A DNA stretch of 64,000 bases from Cirrosporium novae-zelandiae (taxonomy: Eukaryota), in the NCBI GenBank assembly GCA_026023565.1, contig JAPETS010000017.1, forward strand, positions 558,001 through 622,000, written 5' to 3'. The position numbers were made by a program, and so were the translations under genes. Below the pieces are notes generated by a model. The model was given only the letters and a program-made list of their open reading frames with translations, ran no database searches and was not told the origin of the DNA. The stretch's first letter is position 1; the number at the start of each line of letters is the position of its first letter. Positions 23,101 to 37,094 of the stretch are shown here, one piece after another.

Positions 23101-26100
23101 AACACGGCTTCGTTTATTCTGCTCCGTTGAGCCTTTCGCGGTTGAACTTTCAAGTCAAGGTAGAAAATAATCACGGCAATGCCTTGTCAGAGCAGTTGCT
23201 TCATTTGAGAATATCTTTACTTCGTTATTGGATTAAGTGACTATTGAAGAAGGGCTGTATCAGAGACTGTAAACATGTAAGAACAACCTCTACAATATGC
23301 TGTTGGTTGTACTCATGCTCTGACAGATTGTGAAACGCTGTCGTTGATTGACCGCCGATGATCGACGGAAATTAATTATCGTGGCAATACAGTTAATACT
23401 CGATGGTTGAGAACCCGAGTAACATTCTGAACAAAGCTGAGATGTTGGTCCTACATGACAGCAACCATGTGGCCGGTCTCAATGCTAAGGGGAAGAGAAG
23501 GGTATGTAATTTACTCAAAGTGAGGCAGAGGCACCCGAGAGTCAACGCCCACCAGCAGGAAACTAGCAAAAAGCAAGTGCCAGGAAGGGATCCCTGAATG
23601 ACACATGGTTGGCTGCATCGGCAAGCACTGGGCATGCTAACTACTCATGCACTATCAGCCTCTTATCCGCCACATTCCACACTTTATCACACTTCTTGAA
23701 AATCTCCTTCCCAATGATATCGAGCAGAACAATCTGGAAGCCATTTCACTATTCCCAGTGTTGATCAATATTGCACCTTGGAGATTGTATCCAGTTGGGA
23801 CTCATGAAGATCAACCGCTTTTCACGGTAAAAGAATACTGAAGGCCTAATAATATCCTTCATGAAGAATTTTCATTGGGTATAGAAACCATACGCCCATG
23901 CTTGCTGTTCATATTATTGAACCACAAGTGGCTGTTGAGGCAAGACCTGATGAACGAAGTTTTCGGTCTGGAGCGTTTGACTTTGAAGGGCGAAGCTCGA
24001 AGCGACTCATTTACGCTATCATTTTGGAATCGTTCACTATTTCGATCTCTCGATGGACCGCATTAATAGCGGTGCTGTCTCTATGGTATTGTATCGAACA
24101 ATGAAGCCTGAGGCTTCGACTTGTTCCGCGATAGAACTTATTCATAGCGTTAGATTATGTTCGTGCTGATCATTGACTCTGAAATACGCAAATACATACT
24201 TTCCCGGCGTTGATGGCTGACCGGCATGCACTAGCGGCAAGACAAGATGACCCATCGCTAATTCCACTTTAGCATAACTCATTGCATCTTCCCCGAGAAA
24301 GTATAAGCACCAACGTCACTGCTATTTCTCGATTGACGTCGATATGATCTATGTAGCCATCATACAATATACAAAAGTATTTGCATCGAGAACACATCTG
24401 ACTGTTCGAAAGTATACACCTGGGAATACGCGTTACATATGTCAACCTATATCCAATTCCGAACTATGGATGTCTACCTTCTGAATCAGAAATTATTAGA
24501 GTGGCATGAGTGGATATATCACGTCTAGCTCGAAAAAAACAAGAGAAGCGCGAGGCACCACTATCAAGCGTCTAGTTCAACCATGCTTCACTCTTTTATA
24601 ATTATGCTTCTCTTCACTTCCTTATTCCTCATATTCGCTACCTAGGAGTAGATATAAAGTTCCTTGACCGCTGCTTTCTGCACCTTAGAACGGAGACGGT
24701 CACCCAGCCACAGCCCTAAGATAAGACGGCTCTCATCGATAGCTTCTGACCACCTCCACTTTGAACACCTTGCAGGTTCATAAAGGCAAAACAGCACACC
24801 ACGGAGATTTCTACGAATTGAGATTCAAGGCACAGTAGTTGGCAACAGAGTGGCAGGTACACAGATGACGGGCGTATTTCTCGGGTGCTTTAATGGTAGT
24901 CAATGACATTCTATTGGCCTCCCGGGACTCGGAATTGCAGTTTTAGTTGTCTGTACTCAGGCCCTACCTATGTTGAGGTGGTTCAGGTTTCCATTTTCCA
25001 CTCTTATGGCATATACAGACGGTCCGTCCAGACCACATCATCCATGCTCGTCCGTGTACTACCTTCTATCAGCTGATTCTACCACAAAAGTCCGCTTTTT
25101 GATATTTTAATTTTCGCCATATATCCTGGCAGTATTTGCGTTCAGGGTGTTCCGCTATTGGCAGTCAATGAATTAGTTTCTTCCCAAGGTTTGGAATGCA
25201 ATCAGAAATTTCCTATCCGATTACTTATCCCAAATAGGAACGAGGCTGCAGCCTTATGGGCATGAATCCATGATATCAATACCTATAAAAGTGGTAATCT
25301 ATTTTTCCTCTGTGAAATGGGTCACGGTTTTTGTTATTGTACTCTTGTTTCTGCTCTTGCCAGCGATTATTGCATATAGTATGCATACTAAACATGAGTT
25401 TTTTGATGTTGTGGATCCTATTGCATGTAGAACGTTCTGCTGTACTCGGATGCACGCTAGATATGATGGCCATTATTCAATGTTTCAAGTTATTTTAACA
25501 CGGATAGGCTATAATTTTATGCTCATATCTAGGGTCCTGAATTATCGACACGTAAGACTACATTTTATGAGCAGATACACACAAACCATATATTCATAGC
25601 TGACAAGTTTGGCTAGGTCTATTCTGACTATACGCATAGAGAGGCAATTGATCACTTCCATGCTTTATTTGGGTAGTTGTTGGGCAAACAGTTTCGTTTG
25701 ATTGTTCTACACGTATAGAAATATGCATTTTCAGTTTCAGTGTCCTACTATGTTGCTACTATTGACCTTCTGAAAATATTACGACTACTATGTGTTTCTT
25801 TAGGTGCTACAAAGCTCTCGACACTACGATTTAAACATATAATGTCTAATTACAATATCTCGACAGATATAGTTCGTCCTGGCAGATAACATGCATCTTT
25901 ATAGTGTTGTTGTACTAAAGAAGGAAAATGGTTAACACAAGATCGTCTCCACAGTTTTCCTCTATCCTGCTTTATCGGGAGAATGTAGCTTTAAACGAGA
26001 TTCCGGGGTAGATAAGCTTGGCAAAGCTTATTAAGGATATCAACTGCGTCATCCAATGTGCTTTATCTTCTAATTTCAGCTTCACAAAACATCTCTTTCC

Positions 26101-26169
26101 TATGAGAATGGGCTGGCAATGACAATATTCTAAGACTGGATTATTTACATCCAGCAGAATAGTCGCACA

Positions 26170-27536
26170 ATGCCTCGAAGCAAGCAGTTTTATCCTGGCC
26201 ACGAACCCCTCACTTCCTCGCCACTAAGACTTCAACATTCGCGCGTCTCCGGTCCTGTCTCTTTTCTCAATCCAACGGACGCGCACTACCGCCATCCAAT
26301 TTACCCTGAAAAGTTAACACCTCCCGCAGTTGCACCATCCAGGATACTTTACAATGAAAATATCGAACAAATAAACCCTGAACAATTCGCGTCTAATGTG
26401 TCTTTTCGCTGGAGATCTCGTGATAACCGCAAAGGCCGACATACTCTTCTTGTGGAACCTACGAAGCCTACTTCACATAATAAACACTACATTGTTTACC
26501 AATGTACATCTAACCCTCGCGAAGTTACTCGTGGAATATGGCGTATGTTAACAGTGTTCCCGTATTGGGATATCTCGTATCTCGTCGCTACCATTTTCAC
26601 GCTTGGATCTGTTGTCTGGGTAATTAATGCTTTCTTCGTGTGGCTACCTTTGGTGGCTCCGAGCACAGAGTTTAAAGATGAAGTCCTGACTGGGGGTGGC
26701 CTAACGGCCTTTTTTGGAGCGACAATATTCGAGGTAGGAAGCGTCCTGTTAATATTTGAAGCTGTGAATGAAAACAATGAAGGCTGCTTTGGATGGGCCT
26801 TAGAACAGATATTAGAGGGCGAGAATGGGAGCAAGATAGGGATTATACCAGGACGAGAGCAATGTGAACATCATCACAGCAACAACAAGAATTTTGTAGG
26901 CAAAGGAATTGGTATGTGCACCCCTCATATCTTCTCCCATAGTGCTTGTCCACTAACCGATATTTAGCTTCTTCCTCCACCACACCCCTCCCCAGCTCCT
27001 CCGAATCTCAAATAAAAACATGGCAATGGTTTCCCTCGCCTCATGAGCTACGCACCCACTACTTTCACCAACTTGGCTTCCTTGCCTCCCTCTCTCAGCT
27101 CTTCGGCGCAACTATCTTTTGGGTCAGTGGCTTTACAGCCCTTCCTCACATCAACAAGGCCCTCCCCCAGGATATTCTCAACGGCATTTACTGGGTACCT
27201 CAAATCGTAGGTGGTTCCGGCTTCATCGTCTCAGGCATCCTATTTATGCTCGAGACACAGTCAATTTGGTATATACCTGCATTTGGGGTCCTCGGATGGC
27301 ATGTTGGGTTTTGGAATCTAGTGGGGGCCTTTGGATTTACCCTTTGTGGGGCTTTGGGGCCAGCTTATGGAAATTCGGGTGCTCAGTACGAGGCATCACT
27401 GGCAACGTTTTGGGGCAGTTGGGCTTTCTTGATGGGGAGTATGATTCAGTGGTATGAGAGCTTAGACAAGTATCCAGTTGAGCAAGGTAAAATAGAAAGA
27501 CCAAAGAGCACAGGTAAAAAGGGAGCAGCTTTTTGA
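26170..27536 (+). CDS. Fungal integral membrane protein of unknown function (intron about 26912-26968)
   Basis: Two long ORFs joined by GTATGT...CTAAC...TAG. Multiple hydrophobic helices; motifs WRSRDNRKGRH, FPYWDISY and LGWHVGFWN. Confidence 0.85.
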
Positions 27537-27829
27537 GATGCATGAATGTATGCTTTGGATAAATAGAATCGGCATTGAATGAATGTGTTATATACAATAT
27601 ATTCATTGGTTTTGGAAAACAAGGACAGGTTATTCGACATTCCCAGCTACTTTGTCTCCAGCTGAGTCTAAAAACCAAGCGTTGGATTATTCAAAAAAAA
27701 AAGTGTTCGAACGACGTACCTATTAAGAATTTAAGGCATAGCACCTAACTCCATTACATCGTTGCCCGTTTTTTCTTCTCCTCTTTTTTTCGAATCTAGA
27801 CATTGCGTGTTAGGTTTTCCTGAACCGAT

Positions 27830-28796
27830 TTACTTGTTCTTTGGCCTCCTAATGATGACCTTCTCGCCATCCAATTCCCATCCTACCCTATTATTTTTCT
27901 GTAACACCTCCCACTCCCTATCAGTACATCTCTCAATATATGCTTTGCTTGCACCCATATAACTTCTACCCAAACATTTTAATGCGTGTATTCTCATATC
28001 ATCCTCCGTCCATTCTAACAACCGCTTCTGATATCCATCCACTGCTCGGCGCAGCCGCCAGAACGTGAACCAATTATCGTGAACGAGCGCATCCAACACA
28101 GCGTCGACAAGGCGATCTTGAAGATTGTATATATGTCGAACTCGATATGCATCCCCCAGCTCGTGGAGTCGGCATGCAAGATCGAGAATATAGTAGCCTA
28201 CGAACTCGTGTGCCTCTGGCGATGGTAGGGGAGTCACTGGGTGAATTACGTGCAGTAAATGAAGTATGGCGGGATGATAGCTTTCCATATGCTTTGTAAG
28301 GATTGTAGCACGGATGATGAAGACATAGGCTCGCTGTGCAAAAACATCGGTTCGTCCAGATGCAACTATGGCTTCCCGGAGTTTGCGCATGGCCATCATG
28401 ATAGTGGAAAGTTCGGCGGAGGTAATATTTTCGAGGGTGGGAATGCTTGATGTGCTTGCTTTGAGATCTACAATGGTCGTAGCAAGGGCTGAGGGCTCAG
28501 GGACCAGGCTCAAAGAAGCAAAGGCTTTGTCGAGACCATGAGGACGTTCGTTGCTACCGTGGGAGGCACAGAATTTCATATACCGTTCAACGATTTTGGT
28601 ATAGTATGTCTCTTGGGTTTTGAAGTCAAGCAGCCTGAAAATAGGATGTCAACTGGCTGAAAGCAAGGCAATGAGTAGAAACATGCCTGTTATCGCCTTT
28701 GGACGGTAATCCAATGTTTTCAAGCGGGTCTGATGGGGGGCCCTTGAGACGGGACCATGCTGCAGACGGGCGGCGAGGGTTTGGAAGTGGGTTCAT
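27830..28796 (-). CDS. PCI/Sac3-GANP-like (CSN8/PSMD8/eIF3K-type) domain protein; GC-AG intron 28686-28635
   Basis: Helical repeat MRKLREAIVAS...YVFIIRATIL...HALKCLGRSY...GWELDG. Exon 1 joins in frame only through a GC donor. Confidence 0.7.
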
Positions 28797-29187
28797 TGTT
28801 GCGACTACGAAATGTTGAGAGGAACTGGGACGCGAAGAGATTAGATGTGTATTTGTACGAGTATGTACGAGTTCCGATGTAAGAAGGTTGATATTCACAT
28901 GAAAATATCTTTTAGGTGGTACTTTAGTACAAGTAACTAGGTGTTCCTGATAGGGCTGGAGGTAGTTTAATTAGCGTAATGTGATTCCTCAACTCGGAAC
29001 CGAGGCACGATAGGCACGATTAAGCCGTTGAGATCCCATTTTCCATCAGAGCTTTCCCAACAAAAATTGGCAGCGATCCAACTAAAAACTCGCTGAAATG
29101 ACTGTTGCGACATAGCAGCATATCACTAGTTTATTCCTCAAACACTTTCTTTACCTCAAAACCCTCGACTCTAATGAACTAGACCTA

Positions 29188-30267
29188 ATGTCGGTACGAC
29201 AACGAAAACCCAGTGCTCCTGAGCCACTTGATCACCAGCACTCATTCCCCTATTCAACACTTGATAAGGCCTCCGAAGCCCTGAACTCGGCGGAACAGAC
29301 GGTTGAAAAACACTTTACTCTTACCTGGCATCAATTACCTTCATGGCTACAAGATAACCATTTCATTCGGAATGGCTATCGCCAACCCTCAAACTCATAC
29401 TTGAAATCCTGGAGGAGTCTCGGGTACCTTCATAATGAATCAGTCAATATTTGGAGCCACCTCCTCGGCGCTGTAGCCTTTTCCATTACGAGCTTTGTTC
29501 TATATCGGATTTTGAAGCCACGCTTTTATACTGCAACGGCGAGTGATGTGATTGCATTTGGATGCTTTTTCTTGGGCGCTGCTCTCTGTATGGGCCTGAG
29601 CGCAACATATCATACAATCTCAAATCATTCGCCCCAAGTCGCAGGATTTGCAAATCAACTTGATTATGTGGGAATTGTTTTTTTGATCGCTGGTAGCTTC
29701 GTGCCTAGTGTATATTATGGATTCTTCTGTCAGCCAAAGTACCAAATTACTTACTGGACGATGGTCGGGACTTCATTTCTTAGACCTTCTACAAATGAAC
29801 ACTAATAGATTTAAACCTAGATATCATCTATCGGAATAGGTTGCACTATATGTTCTATCACTCCTAAATTCAAAACGCCAAAATGGAGACCTTTCCGCGC
29901 GGGTATGTTCGTAGCTATGGGGCTATCTGCCGTCTTTCCTGTCATACATGGAATGAAGTTATTTGGGGTTCAGCAGCTACACCAGCAGATGGGCTTATAC
30001 TGGGTGGTTTTACAAGGCGCTCTCTATATATTGGGCGCTGGAATATATGCTGTGAGTATATATTTCCATATTTGGTGTTATATGACACATACTAAAACTA
30101 TAGTCTAGGCACGGATACCAGAACGATGGTCACCTGGAAGCTTTGATATTTGGGGTAGCTCGCATCAAATATTCCATGTCCTTGTGGTGGCAGCAGCAAC
30201 TACCCAGCTGAAAGGAATCCTTCAAGGTTTCGACTATAACCACTCAGTGGTCATTTGTTCGCCCTGA
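29188..30267 (+). CDS. PAQR/IZH (mPR-like, haemolysin-III family) membrane protein (introns 29764-29820, 30052-30108)
   Basis: LPSWLQDNHFIRNGYR, HNESVNIWSH, SATYHTISNHS, LDYVGI and ARIPERWSPGSFDIWGSSHQIFH. Confidence 0.92.
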
Positions 30268-30583
30268 AAAGTACTACGTACATAACGTCTTTAGACAAGA
30301 CCTAGACTATAGATTCAATGAAGACTTGATGGCTGTTTTTGCTTTTTATCCGTTCGTGCCCCTGGCCCCCCTGGCCTTCTTGATTCGGGGGTATGAGGAG
30401 CGTTTGCCGATTTCCCGGCTGCGTCGGCCTCCAGAATCATAACTACATATCCGGGGTAATTGCGTGGGTTGTGAGGGGACAGCTTCAGTGGCCCTTGTTC
30501 TTTCCTTGTCACAATTGACTTCTTCCTACTCATATTTCTTAAATTACTATCGAATTTGCCCGAATAATAGTTTCTTGGTGATA

Positions 30584-31527
30584 ATGGTAGAGGATCGCAT
30601 TGCTCAAATAAATGGGCATCCGAACTCCTCTCGGGGACTGCTTATAGGGCAAGGTGAGTCTTCATGTTTTCTCTAACAAGGCTGTCTAATGTTTGACCAT
30701 CCCTAGTGGCCATCATAACGGCTCTGGTCAAGGGATTGGTGCAGAGACTGCAAGATTGTTCGCTAGCGAAAGTGCCAAAATTGTCATTCAAGATGTTGAT
30801 GCTAGTCAGTCGCATTTCACCGAATATTCCCATTCGACTGTTTTGACGTGACTCCTCTGTTTTAGAGAAGGCCGAAGACGTAGCTAAAAACATTAATGAA
30901 TCTGGTGGAGAGGCTGTTGTCTCAGCAGGCGACGTGCTCGATCCTGCATACTCTGAGGGATTGATCAAAGCGGCCGCTAGCTTCGGCAATGGTAAAATCC
31001 ACATCACTGTCAATAACGCAGGTTTTACTTGGGATGGGGTAATCCATAAGGTCTGTTTTATTTCATGTACGACTGCTTCTTAAACTGATCATCTTCAGAT
31101 GACTGACAAACAATGGGACACAATCCTTGCCCTCCACTGCACCGCTCCTTTCCGCTTAATCCGCGCGGCAGCGCCATACTTTCGAGTGCGCGACTGTGAG
31201 CCCCGTGTCATCATTAACATCAGTAGCACATTTGGCCTTCACGGTAACGCTGGCTAAATCAACTATTCCCTCGCCAAAGCTGGCGTAGTTGGGCTATCTA
31301 AAACTATAGCGAAAGAGTGGGGACCACGATTTGGAGATAAAGTTGCGTTAGGAATACCTGGAAGGGGTATAGAGGGAGGGAAAGAAGGGGAGGAAGGATA
31401 TAAAGAGATTCCATTAAGGAGAGTAGGGTCTGCTACTGAAGCAGCGAGGGCTGTTCTGGCGGTTGCGAGTCCACTTTTCAATTATGTCAATGGACAAATG
31501 ATTAGTGTAACAGGAGGTAGAAACATG
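30584..31527 (+). pseudogene. Disabled peroxisomal-type short-chain dehydrogenase/reductase
   Basis: Recognisable TG-SGQGIG, VNNAGFTWDG and NYSLAKAG motifs with intact introns. A 1-nt deletion disrupts the Rossmann motif (about 30720), there is an in-frame TAA at 31255-31257, and a segment appears deleted after KEWGPRFG. Confidence 0.85.
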
Positions 31528-31849
31528 GGAAGCCGAGATTCTACAAGTTTAGGAAGGTATAAATGTCATGAGCAAGGCTGGTGGGTTTAGCTATCAAAAA
31601 GAAGAGGAGGAATGGAATAATTAGGTCGTACCTGAAAGTTAGCTTCCTTTCCACGTCTTTCCTAAGGCTGAGAAGATCGGAGCTAGAGATTCAGACCTCC
31701 GCCCGTAAATAGACAAATGGACAGCTCACAATTAATTAGCTGAACCACCACATCTTCCGAACCACTCTTTTAATAGTGACCCTCAATTCTAATAAAGGTA
31801 TCCTTTATTTCCTTCGCTCCTTCAATTAGATTATTTTCTCAGTACTTGA

Positions 31850-32759
<910 letters not shown>

Positions 32760-33042
32760 ATGGAGCATGGAAGGCTTTTTTTATTTTTACTGAAGGATTG
32801 AGATTTTCGGGCGTGCTTTATGCTCATGTTGAATGATGTGTGGCATGTCTTAAGGGTGTTATGCATGTGCATAGAACAAGGCCTATGTTAGGTGTTGTTG
32901 CAATAAACAAAAATAAAACAGTGGTTAATCTCAAATGCATTATCAAATTCATTGACTATACCACTGTCAACCTCGGAACTATATCCATGTAACCATCATA
33001 TAAACACAATTATACCTTTCATTCTGCCATTGACGTGTGACT

Positions 33043-34855
33043 CTATGCTCTACTCTCACCGAGATGTCCTTCACCGCTCCCTCTTGGTCGTTCCAACTTA
33101 AAGTCTTCCCAATCTCTCTCCCAGCCTTCTTCCCTTGGAGTCTTTGCTGCAATTTTGGCAGCTAGTTCCTCTTTCTTAGCCGTTGAGTCCCGATAACAAA
33201 GGTCATAAAGGGTCGACACATTGAAGATGAGGGTAGGGAAGGGGACAGTGGTACTGCCTAGAAGGGAATTGAGAAGGGAATGTGCCTAAAGAGGTTGAAA
33301 ATGTCAATAAGTTTATGTGACAGAGTCAGTGAAATATAAAGAAATTTGCAAAGGAGGGTGAAAGAGTGGTGTATAGAAAAGAATAAATGAGTGATATGGT
33401 ATAGAGAGCTGGTAGAAAATCTCAATTCAACGCCAATAAAAGAGTTGATAGGGTGTCAATGGAATGTTCATAGAAAACGTCAATAGAAGTCTTCAGCAGA
33501 ACTATTCGGGAATACAATGTTAAGCCTGACAAGGAGCTGAGCTTACCTCGTTTACTTTGCCGCCATATAACAGACAGACAGCTTGATTTTGTGCTACCAT
33601 AGCATTATTTTCATTGCCAGGTATTTTCCCCAAGCTAGCCCATTCTTGTGCTGCCTGGTCAAAATTTCCATCTGCCATACTGATTAATGGCGCCACCACA
33701 TCATCATGCACCGCATCAACCTCATCTGACCTTTTCAGATATTTCTTAGCCGCTTCGACATCTCCGATCTTTAAGGATAGTAGTGCCAGCCATTGCCGAA
33801 GACTATCATGGCCATCGTCAGGATGGAGTGTTCTCAAATGCCTCAGGGCTCCTTCTAAATCTCCCATTTCCACCAGAGCATTTGCAACTCTGACACCAAG
33901 GTCCGCCAGTCTCTCCTTCCACCGTCTCTTGTCTTCCTCGGATGTAGCTTTTGCAGCCTCCGCCCTTGCCTCGCGTCCTAAGTCGTAGTACCCCATAATT
34001 GCCCTTCGCGAATCAGAGAACCCAATGCCCTGCAGGCGTACAGCGAGAACACGCAATGCCCATGGCACAAGGTGGGTATTTGTGAAAGGGTCTTGGTAGA
34101 AAGTAGATGAAAGATCGGAGAGGATTTTGGTCTCTTCGGCGGGGATGGTGGGCGACGAGACAATAAGGAGACAGGCAAGTCGGGTGTATAGAAGCTGGAA
34201 TATCTGGGTAGCATCGAGAGGCGGTGTACTTGGTGTGGTAAGGAGATAGGCAGCTTTGGTCGCGGCAGCACGGTAATGGCCATGGGAAAGGAGATATGGG
34301 ATATCAGCGGCGGGAGAAGGAGCATTTGGTGAGGTTCTGAATGCAGGATGTGCTTTCTAATGTAGAAGTTCGAGTTGATTAGCTGTTGATCTATGTCGAC
34401 ACTTGCTGATTGACTAGAAACAAAATATACTTACTAATTTACTAAGAGGGTGGTATATCTCTGGTTGAAGAAGATAGCTAAAGTCTCTATATGGACGCTC
34501 TAGATTAAGCAGAGCTTCTTCAGGAGTTCGTGGGCCAGGACTTGTGGGTGAGAGAGGTGTAGAGGAAGGAGCTGGAGATTGTGTTCGACTTGCAGGAAGT
34601 GCAGAAGAGTTATCTAATGGACTGTGATCTTAGAGAATGATTTCATAGAGCCTCAATTTTCATGATTCGTACTCATCCATATCTAAGGGGCCCCTTGCGA
34701 CACGACTGGTCCGAACTGCAATTTGGTAAGCATATCTACCCATCAAAACTGTAACTAGGTTCCTCACCCTGACCACTCCGACGTCTGTCTTCGGAGGATG
34801 TCATCCTTCCATGACTCCTACGAACTGCTGCTCCGCTAGCACCAGAGCCCTCCAT
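33043..34855 (-). CDS. TPR-containing protein, probable TRAPPC12-like, multi-exon
   Basis: Spliced ORFs with VPWALRVLAVRLQ, TPR-like helices, NQAVCLLY and FNVSTLYDLC. Family assignment is from memory of motifs; the 5' exon structure is approximate. Confidence 0.65.
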
Positions 34856-35417
34856 ATTTAATGAGAATGACCTTGTTGTTCAGATTTCAAAAGGTGGATA
34901 TTGAAGATAGAGGGAGTAAGACTCTTGGATCAAATGTCAACAGCTCCTATCGATAAACGTGCACAGACCATAAACTCTAATTATGTTGATTGGAGGAGGC
35001 CCAGTTATGTAGAAGGTAAGATATCAAGATTCAGAAGTAGACTAGACCTCCCTCGAATCCTCAATTCTTTATTAAGTACTACTAAGTAGACGTTGTTTAC
35101 AAGCATAGAGAATTTTATCTCACTATATATCTATGCTTTTACTATTGAGCTCTGGTTGGTTAGTTGATCGTCAATGAAAAGACTAAGGTAGGTATTAAGT
35201 TTAGCATAAGATACTAGAAAATATAGCACTGGCGTTACGTATGTAGCACGATCTGTTAATTATGTTAGGTTCCTAAGGAACTCTCCGCTCATAACGTAGC
35301 AAAGTCGCAGTCAACCCCAGCTCATCCATTTCAAGTTCGAGGTCTGATAGATTTCATCATACCCACCAAATTTTGTGCCTCTTACTTCTCCCTTAGGACT
35401 CTTCAATTCTATTCCTT

Positions 35418-35700
35418 TTTACTTTCCTTTGTCATCGTTTGCTTCTCCTTCCTTCACACCTCTACCTAACCCCGGCATGCTTCCCATAACTTCTCCAACC
35501 TCTTGCTCAACATAATTCAGTTTTTTTTATTAATACTGTCTCTACGATCAGTCCATTACGGAGTTTTTTCGAGAGACCAGTCTTCTGAGTATCACGGGTG
35601 TGTTTGGAGGGACTGGGATAGTACGAAGATCATACTTGATCACTGGAGGGATAAGTGGCGTGAGCAAGGAGGATAAATTTTAGGGCGGACGAGGGAGATG
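35418..35700 (-). pseudogene. Frameshifted relic of a RapZ-C-terminal-like fungal protein
   Basis: Stitching frames gives LKFILLAHA / PLIPPVIKYDLRTIPVPP / KHTRDTQKTGLSKKLRNGLIVETVLIKK / LNYVEQEVGEVMGSMPGLG, which resembles the DxRxxPNP...xTG motif. At least 3 frame changes are needed. Confidence 0.45.
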
Positions 35701-36014
35701 GTAATGAGAGTGAGATTGGAGTTCTGTTTCTAGAGGAAGGGTATGGAGAAAAGTGAAACGAAGTTTATGTAATGGGTTTCGAGGGTGGAGTGGGATACGG
35801 AATCGAGACGGAGGTGCTCGGACCCTCGTTTCGGGATGATGGCGGGGCTTTCGTCACGTTGCTATCAACTCATCTCGCCCGTAGAACAGAAAATATAAAA
35901 TAATAATTTACCTTAACCAATTGTTTGTTTTCCGAAAAAACAACAGACCAAGAAAGAGAAAGACGGGACAAAACAATTACAATTTACTGTTAAAATACAT
36001 AATTTCCTCTTATT

Positions 36015-37094
36015 ATGAGCTCTTCCCCATCAACTAAGCCCGTTAATGGACGTCTCCACCAATATGTGAGTTGAAACAATGTATCCTCAGCGTCTTGAGG
36101 TAAATTCCTAGAACAAGATATCTATATTCCATCAACTCAACCAAAAACCATAATCTCATTATTCCAGGCCCCTAAACTCACCGCCTTCGAGCACACTCCT
36201 TCACCCATTTCCTCATCAGCCCTCCCTCCCAAAAATACACTCCTCTTTATCGGCGGCATGACCGATGGCTTCCTCACAGTCCCGTACGTCACACCCCTCG
36301 CCAACTACCTACACAACCATCCTCTTTCAGACTCATACTCCGTTGTTGAGATCCTCCTTTCCTCTAGCTACAACCAATGGGGTCTCGGCTCGGTATCCCA
36401 GGACGCAGAGGAAATAAGCAAATGCGTAGCATATTTCCGGAACCTAAGACCCAACAGCGGGAAAATGGTGTTTCTGGGACACTCGACTGGCTGTCAAGAT
36501 ATTATGGAATATCTTACGGGGGCGGGTGCAGAATCCAGAGAAAGAGTCGACGGAGCCATCTTCCAAGCTAGCGTCAGCGACCGTGAGGCCCTTGACACGA
36601 TATATGCCGCTGACACAAGCACAAGAAAAACTGTTGATGAACTTAATAATTTGGCGCGAACGTACGTGAACCAAGGAAGAGGATCCGATACTCTCCCCTT
36701 CTCAAAGACAGGATATATTTTCCCTGGTGTGCCTATATCGGGGGAACGCTGGCTTAGTGTTGTGTCTCCTGCTTCTGACTACGCTGGATCGGAAGATTTT
36801 TTTAGCTCGGATCTCCCAGATGAGAGACTAAAAAATACATTTAGGAAGATAGCCGCGAATACAAAGGTCGCAATTATGTTTGGAGGGAGTGATGAGTATG
36901 TGCCCCCGAGAGTGGATCGGGAGGCATTAGTTTCGAGATGGGTAAGAGAACTAGAAGAAGGTGAGGCAAAGGTGGACAGAGAAGCTACTGGGGTTTTGGA
37001 GGGAGCAACGCATAATCTTGATAAGGTGGAGGGTCTAGTTCTGAGAGAGTTTATGCAGAGGGTAAGGGGGTTTCTGGAGAAGTTACGGGAATAG
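36015..37094 (+). CDS. DUF1749 alpha/beta hydrolase (SidJ/UPF0613-like) (intron about 36066-36167)
   Basis: GRLHQY|APKLTAFE, LLFIGGMTDG, nucleophile motif GHSTGCQD, EDFFSSDL, GSDEYVP and GATH. Confidence 0.9.

Noticed and set aside
22860..24110. Patchy ORFs and an intron-like GTAAGA...CTGACAG (about 23277-23326) suggesting an old pseudogene
   Set aside because: All frames are interrupted and I could not recognise any family; a BLASTx search is needed.
33286..33547. Long (~260 nt) last intron of the TRAPPC12-like gene as a possible snoRNA host
   Set aside because: No box C (RTGATGA)/D pair or convincing H/ACA structure seen.
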